The notes below the pieces were generated by a model. The model saw only the letters and a list, made by a program, of their open reading frames with translations. It had not been told where the DNA came from and ran no database searches. DNA of 64,000 bases from the IMG/VR virus record IMGVR_UViG_3300045988_184100, positions 33,784 to 97,783 of that record. One strand, written 5' to 3'. Positions 1 through 7,306 of this stretch are shown here, one piece after another. The stretch's first letter is position 1. The number at the start of each line of letters is the position of its first letter. Made by a program: the position numbers and the translations under genes. The DNA is from a virus.

Positions 1-73
1 TCCATTGACGACAGATACGACGCCATAGCTGACGACGCTGACGGTGAGAGTTCTGTTGATAGAAGGTTCCATA
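1..73 (-). CDS. 5' end of a hypothetical gene that runs off the left edge (MEPSINRTLTVSVVSYGVVSVVNG...)
   Basis: Minus-strand ATG at about position 73, preceded by AAAGGAAA Shine-Dalgarno (RC of 78-85). The ORF continues to position 1 without a stop. It lies about 100 nt downstream (minus orientation) of the left repeat array. Confidence 0.3.
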
Positions 74-172
74 TTCTTTATTTCCTTTCTTGTTTTTAAG
101 AATTTAAGAGGAATGTTTTGTCATTTCGACAAAACGCTCCACACAGCGGAGGGAAGAACTATAATTACGAAT

Positions 173-262
173 GGTAAAACCCTGTTATTTCAGGGTGGTG
201 TATACCAAAAGGAGACGCCATGAATTGGTATACAACCCTGTTATTTCCGGGTGGTGTATACC
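173..262 (-). CRISPR. CRISPR-like mini-array, copy L: 2 repeats (distal one degenerate) and one 20-nt spacer; no cas genes
   Basis: Repeat 2 (227-262) is GGTATACAACCCTGTTATTTCCGGGTGGTGTATACC. It has an 8-bp terminal inverted stem (GGTATACA/TGTATACC) and an inner ACCC/GGGT stem. Repeat 1 (173-206) is a 34-nt degenerate version. The spacer (207-226) is AAAAGGAGACGCCATGAATT. The same repeat family with different spacers recurs at 30831-30998. Strand is inferred, not proven. Confidence 0.45.
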
Positions 263-402
263 CAGCACAGGTATTCAGTTCCCAGAAAGTGCTGGTCGCC
301 ACCTCTCACATAACAAACCAGCCAACAGAGTATTCCTGCTTCCACGACGACCATGCATCTCCACAGGCGTTAATTCCGGCTATACCGTCCGTACTCGTTT
401 TT
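263..402 (-). ncRNA. Conserved structured RNA scaffold attached to the repeat array (copy L), in the omega-RNA-like position 3' of the tnpB-like gene
   Basis: This segment is about 90% identical to 30999-31137. It contains three hairpins: CAGCAC...GTGCTG, CTGGT...ACCAG and GAGTA...TACTC. Both copies are bounded by an A/T run. In minus orientation it sits between the tnpB stop (458) and the repeats. Confidence 0.4.
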
Positions 403-457
403 ATTTCCTTGGCAATGTGTGCAATCATTGCACACTTTATTTGCTCGCCACAGGGCT

Positions 458-1516
458 TTAGGCAGGATTCTGCTCGGAGGCCATGCGCTGACCTTCGGAC
501 AGCACGACCTGTGCCAGCGCCTCGTCATGCTTTGCTTCCGGTGCTACGGTGGCGGTATCTACATCCACCAGCGTGCGTCCAGCCCAGTCCGCCTTATACT
601 TTATCATACCGGTAAGTTCAGACCAGCCGGCATCGAGGATGCTTTTAGCCTGCTCATTGCCCTCAACTAAGGGCTTAACGGCCACCTTCTCAACGGCAAT
701 AAGCTGGTTTGCGTTGACAAGTTCACGGCTGATTTTATGCCGGTAGTCATTGCGCTGATTGGCAATATGCTCATGGACGCCGGCTACCTTGCGCCGCTGC
801 TTCTCGTAGTTGGCAGAGCCTTTTTTCTTACGGGATAGACGCCGCTGCTCACGGGCCAGCCGCTTTGCAGACTTGCTCAGATGCTTCGGGTTCTCATAGT
901 GAACGCCGTTGCTGTCAATAGCCAACTCCTTCAGGCCGAGACTGATGCCCACTTCGCCGTCCACAATAGGCAGCGTGTCTCGCTCTACTTTACAGCAGAC
1001 AGATGCCCAGTATTTTCCGGTAGCAGACCGAGAAATAGTGACCTCGCGGGGAGACCCTTCGATGGGGCGCCCCGTCCCTCGCCTGAGCTTGTTGATTTTC
1101 TGATACTGCCCTCCAAACGGAACTTGAATGTAATCGTCCGTCACATAGATAGTACCAGCGGTCGTAAAACTCTGGGTCGGATGGGACGCGCCCTTAAATT
1201 TGGGATAACCGGGCTTCTCCCCCGCTTTAATGCGGCGGAAGAACGCTTTTCGCGCCTCAAACAAATCAATGATGGCATATCTCTCTGCCGTACAGCCGCA
1301 GTCCGCAAGCCAAGGCCAGCGCTCCCGCATCTCCGTGAGAACCTTCATACAGTCGAAGGTCGTCATCTTCTCCTGTCGGCGCTCATAGATTTTGGAGGTT
1401 TGTTCAAGGAAATGATTCCACACAAACCGGCAGCATTTGAAAGTCTTCTCGATGATTTCGACCTGCTCATCAGTCGGGTAAATGCGATACTTAAACGCTT
1501 GAAATGTAGTTGGCAT
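458..1516 (-). CDS. tnpB: TnpB-family (IS200/IS605 OrfB) protein, 353 aa, apparently nuclease-inactivated: RuvC-I Asp replaced by Ser, RuvC-III and zinc-finger missing (TldR-like)
   Basis: The N-terminus MPTTFQAFKYRIYPTDEQ...CCRFVWN is the classic TnpB start. The RuvC-I region reads VGISLGLKELAIDSNG where canonical is GIDLG...SDG. RuvC-II is IAVEKV, so the Glu is kept. After ...GRTLVDVD the protein ends in 32 unrelated residues with no CxxC zinc finger and no D-NAA-NI motif. ATG at 1514-1516 with AAAGGA Shine-Dalgarno; the six-frame ORF extends to 1642 only through non-coding upstream. Confidence 0.8.
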   Translation of the reverse strand: MPTTFQAFKYRIYPTDEQVEIIEKTFKCCRFVWNHFLEQTSKIYERRQEKMTTFDCMKVLTEMRERWPWLADCGCTAERYAIIDLFEARKAFFRRIKAGEKPGYPKFKGASHPTQSFTTAGTIYVTDDYIQVPFGGQYQKINKLRRGTGRPIEGSPREVTISRSATGKYWASVCCKVERDTLPIVDGEVGISLGLKELAIDSNGVHYENPKHLSKSAKRLAREQRRLSRKKKGSANYEKQRRKVAGVHEHIANQRNDYRHKISRELVNANQLIAVEKVAVKPLVEGNEQAKSILDAGWSELTGMIKYKADWAGRTLVDVDTATVAPEAKHDEALAQVVLSEGQRMASEQNPA

Positions 1517-1867
1517 AGAAATCCGTCCTTTCGCAAATAGTCGGCACCTCTCGCAGCAACCATCCAGACTGCGAGAACACCGGACCCCACGCAAACAAGC
1601 ACAGCATAAAAGGCAGCACCCACGTCTGGAATACGCCAACAACCTCTGCGCTCGGCCCGCGTTTACTTATTTTTCCGGCTTCCCTTGTCCCGCGAACCAT
1701 GCAGGCGTTCGCGGAGACTTTTGCTCATCTGCTTTCGGCTACTGAAAGCGCAGAGTTTCACCCTTATCACGCCACCGCCCGCAAAACAGGTACAGGCAGC
1801 TCGCTTCTCACGCTTCAGGCGACTTTTGCGCTCGCCGATGTTGTCCGAAAAACACAGGACAAACAAG

Positions 1868-1901
1868 CAGATAAAGAAGAAGGACACACTTTACGGTGTC
1901 C
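1868..1901 (-). terminator. Intrinsic terminator of the minus-strand tRNA operon
   Basis: Hairpin GGACACCGTAAAGTGTGTCC followed by a T-rich run on the minus strand, directly 3' of tRNA-Gly. Confidence 0.4.
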
Positions 1902-1902
1902 T

Positions 1903-1979
1903 TGGAGCGGACGACGGGACTCGAACCCGCAATGACCAGCTTGGAAGGCTGGTGTCTCACCAAATTAGACGACATCCGC
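1903..1979 (-). tRNA. tRNA-Gly (anticodon UCC)
   Basis: Cloverleaf: acceptor GCGGATG/CGTCCGC, anticodon loop CTTCCAA, T-loop GGGTTCGAGTCCC, encoded CCA. Confidence 0.8.
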
Positions 1980-2014
1980 GCATATAAAAACACCACAAAA
2001 GCACATGGTTTTAA

Positions 2015-2090
2015 TGGAGCTGATGGAGGGCCTTGAACCCCCGACCTGCGGTTTACAAATCCGCCGCTCTGCCAACTGAGCTACATCAGC
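2015..2090 (-). tRNA. tRNA-Thr (anticodon UGU)
   Basis: Acceptor GCTGATG/CATCAGC, D-arm GCTCAGTTGGCAGAGC, anticodon loop TTTGTAA, encoded CCA. Confidence 0.75.
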
Positions 2091-2182
2091 ATAGTCGTGA
2101 AGCCCCCGCACAACGAGGCTGAAAGCACTTTTCAAAAGACCTGTTACACGGGGGCTTCACTTGAAGGAGAATGAGTATGGAA

Positions 2183-2258
2183 TGGAGCTGACGGTGGGGG
2201 TCGAACCCACGACCTGCGCGTTACGAGTGCGCCGCTCTGCCTACTGAGCTACACCAGC
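2183..2258 (-). tRNA. tRNA-Thr (anticodon CGU)
   Basis: Acceptor GCTGGTG/CACCAGC, anticodon loop CTCGTAA, T-loop GGGTTCGACCCCC, encoded CCA. Confidence 0.75.
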
Positions 2259-2364
2259 ATTTTGGTGGTGCTGGCAGCCTCCGCTTATCACGTGTAATCC
2301 CGTCTGCACGGAGGCCGCCAGCGCCGAAGAGAGTTGATGTCGGCGGGGTGGGTAGAACGCCGGC

Positions 2365-2443
2365 TGGCAATAGCGGCTGGAGTTGAACCAACATATCGTT
2401 ACCTGTGAGAGAGGTACGGCATTACCAGTTATGCTACGCTATC
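2365..2443 (-). tRNA. Atypical tRNA, possibly tRNA-Glu (CUC); non-standard spacing between the D stem and the anticodon stem
   Basis: Acceptor GATAGCG/CGCTATT, D-loop AACTGGTA, anticodon stem TACCT/AGGTA with loop CTCTCAC, T-arm GTTGG-TTCAACT-CCAGC, CCA. There are two nucleotides where one is expected at position 26. Confidence 0.45.
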
Positions 2444-2753
2444 ATATTGAGAGATGTTTCTGTGTCCGCTGCTCGTTAAAAAAGACGGAGGCAAAGATAG
2501 AAGCAGCGAAAACAGAAGGCGCGTCGTGCGGACTCGAACCGCCAGAACCTCCCCGCATAGAGAACAACGCGAAAGTCGAAGCAGCTCCCGCACACTTCCC
2601 TCAGGGAGCTGACTTTATTGTGCTTATGAGTGTAAATAAAGAAAGAAGAAAACGGGACGGGCAACTTAGGCGCTTATTCTTACAATCGCAAGAATATTGT
2701 CATTTTAGGTACAAGCCCTTCGAACGAGCCTTTCTTGCCCCGTCCACGCTGTT

Positions 2754-2782
2754 ATACTAACACGAACATATAAAAATGTCAA
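2754..2782 (-). promoter_or_regulatory. Sigma-A-type promoter of the tRNA operon (TTGACA-17-TAGTAT) with the conserved TTTATATGTTCGTG spacer
   Basis: RC reads TTGACATTTTTATATGTTCGTGTTAGTAT. It belongs to a family of near-identical promoters in this window. Confidence 0.5.
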
Positions 2783-2933
2783 GTCTAATTATCAGTAAAA
2801 AAAACTATACCGCGAGTTTATACGCCATGAAGCGTTCTGCACAAACTAAAGCAAGCTGTATTTTACGAAAAGTAGTTGGCAATAATAACGAATATACAAA
2901 AGAACAGGGGTTGACATCCCGTAAATTTTCTCT

Positions 2934-2963
2934 CTAATACGCTTGACAAAATTTTATGTTCGT
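2934..2963 (+). promoter_or_regulatory. Promoter of the recG operon (TTGACA-17-TTATAAT) with the same conserved spacer
   Basis: TTGACAAAATTTTATGTTCGTGTTTATAAT. A second TTGACA lies at about 2911. Confidence 0.5.
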
Positions 2964-3096
2964 GTTTATAATAAGGGTGTGTAAGCCCTCTTTATAAGAA
3001 GTAAGCAAGAAGCCTCGGTGATTTATTGCCGAGTAGTTCACGAAAAGCACCCCGACACCCTGACATTTTTCCCACCAAACGGAGGTGAGAATATAT

Positions 3097-5172
3097 ATGA
3101 AGCTATCCGTCATTGGAGTAAACGCACAAAAAGAAAAGCGTTTCGAGAAAAAAGGTATCCACTCAGCAGAAGACCTTCTGCGTTATATCCCAAAAAGCTA
3201 TAAGGACTACCGGCAGCTTGCAACGCATCTCATAGATGGTGCGGAGCAGGCTTGTCTTGTGCGTGTAGACGAAGTAAAGTCCTTCGGCCAAGAACTGCGC
3301 TATAAGGGTTCTTATGTGCAGACTTCCTCCCATGTCCCTATGATTATCGCACACTGCACTGTGCTTCCAAGCGGAGAAAAACTCGTTATTACATGGTTCC
3401 GGCAAAACTACCTCTTCCGCAAGATTTCCACTTGCACAGGGCAGGAGGTTTATGTGGCCGGAAAGGTCGGATACAGCGAGAAATACAACAACTACACCAT
3501 GACGGCACCGGAGATTTTCGAGCCTGCCTATGGGCAGGCACCGGGCATTCGTCCTGTGTACGCTCAAATCGGAGGCGTGAGCGATGCCTACCTGAGAGAA
3601 AAGATTCAGGAGGCTTCCGACAGAACTATCGGACTTATTGAAACGCTTCCCAATGATTTCCTCGACAAAAAAGGTCTTTCAAGCCTTTGGACTTCACTCA
3701 AGAAGCTGCACTTCCCCGTTTCCGAGCAGGATATTAAGGACGGGCAATCCCGACTCCTTCAGGAAGACCTCGTATATTTTGCTATGGCTAACGAATGGGC
3801 CGCACGAAAGATTTCTAAAGGTAGCCAATTCTCCGTCAAAACAAACGGCTGGATTGAAAAGATTAAGAAGTCCCTGCCCTATTCTCTCACAAAAGACCAG
3901 ATGGACGCGATTGAGAGCATGACTCAATTTGCAGCAGACGGGCATCGCATCAACGCGCTTGTGCAGGGTGATGTCGGTTGTGGAAAGAGCATCGTTGCCT
4001 TTTGCCTTATGATGACCATGGCTGAGAATGGGTATCAGGCAGCGGTGATGGCTCCAACGCTGGTGTTGGCGCGTCAGCACTACGAGGACCTCTCTGTTCT
4101 GGCGGAACCGTTTGGCGTAAGTGTTGTTTGGCTTGGCAGCGATTTGAAGACGAGCGAAAAGAAAAAAGCCTTGGCCGTCATCAAGGAAGGCAAGGCACAA
4201 CTCATTGTTGGAACACAGTCCATCATTGGAGAAGATGTGGAGTATAAAAATCTCGCCTTAACCGTAACGGATGAGGAACACAAGTTTGGCGTTGACCAGC
4301 GTACAGCGCTCATCGAAAAGGCTTCAGGCGGTGTTCATTCTATTACTATGTCTGCCACCCCCATCCCCCGCAGTTTGGCTCAGGTAATTTATGGAGATAC
4401 CGTGCAACTCCACACCATTAAAACGATGCCGGACGGACGTCTTCCGGTTATCACCGGCATTGCCACAAGTAAAGAAAAAATCTTTCGCTTCATTCTGCTG
4501 CAGAAACAAAAGGGGTATCAAACCTATGTTGTCTGTCCGCTTATTGATAGAAGCGAGAAGCTGGAAGGCGTACAGTCTGTCGAGGAAGTCAGCGCAGAAT
4601 ACCGTTCTGTTCTGGAACCGTATGGCGTCCGCATCGAAACAGTAACAGGCAAGATGGGAAAGACAGAAACAGAGGACATTCTCTCGCGCTTCAAGGATGG
4701 TCAAGTAGATGTGCTTGTCAGTACAACCGTTGTGGAGGTTGGCGTAAATGTCCCTACCGCGACAATGATGGTCATTGTAAACGCGGACCGCTTCGGGCTT
4801 TCCAGTCTGCACCAGTTGAGAGGGCGTGTAGGGCGGAGCAGCGTACAGTCCTATTGTGTGCTGGAAGCAGGCGCGGCACCCACGCCGGCTGCGATGGAGA
4901 GACTGAACGCCATGGTACAGACCAATAACGGGTTTGAAATTGCAGAGGCGGACCTCCGCATTAGAGGTGCCGGAGATTTCCTCGGCACAGAACAATCCGG
5001 ATGGAACCGATATATGACCCTTATGATGGCATACCCCGCTGAGTACGAACAGGCAAAGGAGGACGCAAAGACACTTTTGAACAGAGGAAAAGGTTCCTGC
5101 AAAATGGTCGATTCCATAATCGCGGGAGGTCAGGAGACCGACAATACCGCAAAGGAGGCATCAAGAAAATGA
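3097..5172 (+). CDS. recG: ATP-dependent DNA helicase RecG
   Basis: Motifs DEEHKFGV (DEQH box), SATPIPRSLA and LHQLRGRVGRS, length about 692 aa, with an N-terminal wedge-like region. ATG at 3097 sits 9 nt after GGAGGTGA. Confidence 0.85.
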   Translation: MKLSVIGVNAQKEKRFEKKGIHSAEDLLRYIPKSYKDYRQLATHLIDGAEQACLVRVDEVKSFGQELRYKGSYVQTSSHVPMIIAHCTVLPSGEKLVITWFRQNYLFRKISTCTGQEVYVAGKVGYSEKYNNYTMTAPEIFEPAYGQAPGIRPVYAQIGGVSDAYLREKIQEASDRTIGLIETLPNDFLDKKGLSSLWTSLKKLHFPVSEQDIKDGQSRLLQEDLVYFAMANEWAARKISKGSQFSVKTNGWIEKIKKSLPYSLTKDQMDAIESMTQFAADGHRINALVQGDVGCGKSIVAFCLMMTMAENGYQAAVMAPTLVLARQHYEDLSVLAEPFGVSVVWLGSDLKTSEKKKALAVIKEGKAQLIVGTQSIIGEDVEYKNLALTVTDEEHKFGVDQRTALIEKASGGVHSITMSATPIPRSLAQVIYGDTVQLHTIKTMPDGRLPVITGIATSKEKIFRFILLQKQKGYQTYVVCPLIDRSEKLEGVQSVEEVSAEYRSVLEPYGVRIETVTGKMGKTETEDILSRFKDGQVDVLVSTTVVEVGVNVPTATMMVIVNADRFGLSSLHQLRGRVGRSSVQSYCVLEAGAAPTPAAMERLNAMVQTNNGFEIAEADLRIRGAGDFLGTEQSGWNRYMTLMMAYPAEYEQAKEDAKTLLNRGKGSCKMVDSIIAGGQETDNTAKEASRK

Positions 5173-6137
5173 GTGCTATTTATAAAAGAACAAATCCAAC
5201 AAAGCCGGCACGAGCTGGAGACGATATAAGGTACGGAGAAAACGTCTCAACAACTGTCTATACCTCTATAGTCCTGCTCCTCCGCAAATTAAGAATTGCG
5301 GAGGATGCAGGCAACATGGCAAGAGTAAACAACATTATCACAGACACCACGCCATACAGGGCAGAAATGAAAAAGCTGCGGTTAGCCGAACAGCTTAATT
5401 GTCCAGAAGAAAAGCTGCCAGCCCTTTTATTTGATAAAACTCCCATTACAAACGGAGAAACACAGCGATTTATAGGCTGGCAGGGATTTAACTGGCAAAT
5501 CGTTTTTCGGATTCTTGCCGAGTTGGACATATCTTACGAGGAAATGATTCGATTCGGAGATAAAAACTTTCCAGCTTTCAGCAGCCTACCGCCAGATGTT
5601 CAAGAAGTCTATAATCTTGTAGATAGCTTTCCAGAAACGATAAGAGACGGATGCATAAGAGAGTCAGCTCTCGGCATGATTGATACGATGTGGATACATC
5701 AATTCTGGGATGATAAAAAACGCAGCTTATTGCTGCGCCCTTCTGCGCGAGTACAGTACGTTTTTTCCCATAGATGTTCATTTAAGCGACAGGATATTCT
5801 CGATTTGGATGAATTGATTCAGTCCGGAAAAGGCAATTTTGAATTAGATGATAAACAAAAGGATGTCATTCACGAGTTGGCGAATATCATGTTGGTGAGA
5901 CCCTCCTGCTCCACAAGCAACGAAAGAATTCTGCCGCATATAGCGGCTGCCTTTGGCGTCTCTTTACACTGGCTCATGGGGATGCCAAGCACAATGCGAC
6001 TTTATGCGAAAAACTCTACGACAGAAGATATTGTTTCCGCCTATTATTTCATGTCAACCACCTGCAAAATTGAGTTTAGAAAAGCGCTGCAAAAGTTTTC
6101 CGAAAGACTTGAACACTTTAAGGAGGAAAACAAATGA
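5169..6137 (+). CDS. Hypothetical protein with a C-terminal XRE-like helix-turn-helix (ILPHIAAAFGVSLHWLMG); overlaps the recG stop and is translationally coupled to it
   Basis: ORF with AAGGAGG Shine-Dalgarno. The HTH-like segment was seen by eye. Confidence 0.45.
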   Translation: MSAIYKRTNPTKPARAGDDIRYGENVSTTVYTSIVLLLRKLRIAEDAGNMARVNNIITDTTPYRAEMKKLRLAEQLNCPEEKLPALLFDKTPITNGETQRFIGWQGFNWQIVFRILAELDISYEEMIRFGDKNFPAFSSLPPDVQEVYNLVDSFPETIRDGCIRESALGMIDTMWIHQFWDDKKRSLLLRPSARVQYVFSHRCSFKRQDILDLDELIQSGKGNFELDDKQKDVIHELANIMLVRPSCSTSNERILPHIAAAFGVSLHWLMGMPSTMRLYAKNSTTEDIVSAYYFMSTTCKIEFRKALQKFSERLEHFKEENK

Positions 6138-7306
6138 GAAAAAAGGATAGTGCAGTCAACGCATATATCGACTGCAATAAATGGGCGACAAAACTCAATA
6201 CGCGGTTCTCTTCCGCCGAGAAGTCGGAAAAATTGAATTACAAGGAAATGCTCGGAATATATGCCGAATTCAGCGATGAGCTTACTTTGGTACGCAGGCT
6301 TGTTTCCGCGAGAGTGTACGAAGAGCTGTTTGCCATTACCAAAATGCCACGTGTCTATGGAGAATGGAATGTGAAGCAAATTGGTGCAGAAATCGGCATG
6401 GACGCAACTAAAATGTCGCGCCTCAAGGAGCCTGAGGACGGTGCGCTTACCTCTGTGGGACCGTTTGAGTTACGCATTTCGCCTCCAGCAGACGGCAAGC
6501 AGACGCGACGGCTGCCTGAAGGGTTTTATGCGTCTGTTGAAGGTCTTTACAAAACCTCATACTTTTTCCTTGACAAGTCCTGCGAAAAAGTCTTATTCGG
6601 AGATGAGTGTGCGCCCATCCACCTCCCTCATAACTACTCCTCCCTTTTCTCCCAAATCTCAGCAGTTCCGTTTTCCGATTCCTTGCGGATACAAGTTAAG
6701 ATTAAAGAAATGTGCAAGCAGTACGAGCAGTACATGGTAAGGGAAACGGCAGACGGCAAAAAGCCAGAAAACTACGTATACGCGGACAGCGCAGGTGCTC
6801 CCATTGATTTTCAGGAGCTTTATATAAAGCGGCTTAACGAGAAGATGGAAAATGACTGCTGTAATGCTTCCTCACTGTTCGGCGAAGACGCCAGTGCTCC
6901 TTTTAAGAACATGGCAATCAGATGCTTTAGCGTTCCTGTAGACACATTTGAAAAGTCAGATAGGGCAATATTCTTTGACAAGAACGGAACTCTTATGAGA
7001 CCGGAGAAGAAGTCCGGAAAGAAAGAACCAATGGGAACGACCGGCAATCTTATGATGCTGAGTATTGGCCTTGACACGGCTGTGGACTATTTCATCTCCC
7101 CTGATTATACGAAATATTCGACGCTGCTTGCTCGAACAAATGTCCCAGATAAAAGTGGAAACGAGATGGAGTTCACGCTTGATGAAGGTATGCGGTCAGC
7201 CCTTTCTTCAATCCTGATGATTTCTGACGATAACGATAGAAGTGAGGTCGTAGCGGAAGCCCTTTGCGACTGCTGGATGGCACAATACTCCGAGGAAATA
7301 AGGTAA
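6134..7306 (+). CDS. Hypothetical protein (390 aa), third gene of the recG operon
   Basis: ORF with AAGGAGG Shine-Dalgarno and ATGA overlap with the upstream stop. Confidence 0.45.
   Translation: MRKKDSAVNAYIDCNKWATKLNTRFSSAEKSEKLNYKEMLGIYAEFSDELTLVRRLVSARVYEELFAITKMPRVYGEWNVKQIGAEIGMDATKMSRLKEPEDGALTSVGPFELRISPPADGKQTRRLPEGFYASVEGLYKTSYFFLDKSCEKVLFGDECAPIHLPHNYSSLFSQISAVPFSDSLRIQVKIKEMCKQYEQYMVRETADGKKPENYVYADSAGAPIDFQELYIKRLNEKMENDCCNASSLFGEDASAPFKNMAIRCFSVPVDTFEKSDRAIFFDKNGTLMRPEKKSGKKEPMGTTGNLMMLSIGLDTAVDYFISPDYTKYSTLLARTNVPDKSGNEMEFTLDEGMRSALSSILMISDDNDRSEVVAEALCDCWMAQYSEEIR

Larger units (their letters stand above)
173..1700 (-). mobile_element. IS200/IS605-family (IS1341-like, tnpB-only) element or its remnant; extent approximate and no tnpA present
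   Basis: A tnpB-family gene with a downstream structured RNA region. No HUH TnpA ORF was found nearby. The boundaries are not defined. Confidence 0.3.

Noticed and set aside
173-262. Genuine CRISPR-Cas locus
   Set aside because: There is no cas1, cas2 or any recognisable Cas effector within 30 kb. The arrays have only 2-3 repeats. It is kept as 'CRISPR-like' only; the nearest candidate effector is a degenerate TnpB.
173-262. REP/BIME or IS200/IS605 subterminal hairpin explanation for the 36-nt palindromic repeats
   Set aside because: This is not fully excluded. REP clusters usually alternate in orientation, whereas all five repeats here are co-directional, with unique spacers of CRISPR-typical length (20 or 30 nt) and a degenerate terminal repeat. 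It is retained as the main alternative hypothesis in the findings.
171-746. Plus-strand ORFs 171-461, 220-615, 419-670 and 549-746 overlapping the repeat array, the scaffold and the tnpB 3' end
   Set aside because: They run through tandem repeats and structured-RNA sequence, overlap each other, and sit antisense to a well-supported TnpB gene. They have no RBS and low-complexity composition. They are artefacts of the repeats.
1663-1887. 74-aa minus-strand ORF between the tnpB start and tRNA-Gly
   Set aside because: It starts inside the tRNA operon terminator hairpin and has lysine/arginine low-complexity content and no RBS. It is more likely untranslated IS left-end or terminator sequence.
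1517-1897. Search for an IS200/IS605 TnpA (HUH Y1 transposase) next to tnpB
   Set aside because: No ORF with the HxH plus Tyr motif is present in any frame. The element is tnpB-only (IS1341-like) or decayed.
2521-2570. Possible fifth tRNA
   Set aside because: Only a T-arm plus acceptor-stem mini-helix could be folded. There is no D-arm or anticodon arm. It is reported as a fragment in the findings, not as a gene.
2383-2760. 125-aa plus-strand ORF
   Set aside because: It overlaps the atypical tRNA and the tRNA-like fragment on the opposite strand and sits inside the tRNA operon promoter-proximal region. It has no RBS.
2755-2790. LexA (Cheo) box in the conserved promoter spacer (CGAACATAT...)
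   Set aside because: Only a half-site (GAACAT) is present, with no inverted GTTC partner at the correct spacing. The conserved spacer is not a Cheo palindrome.
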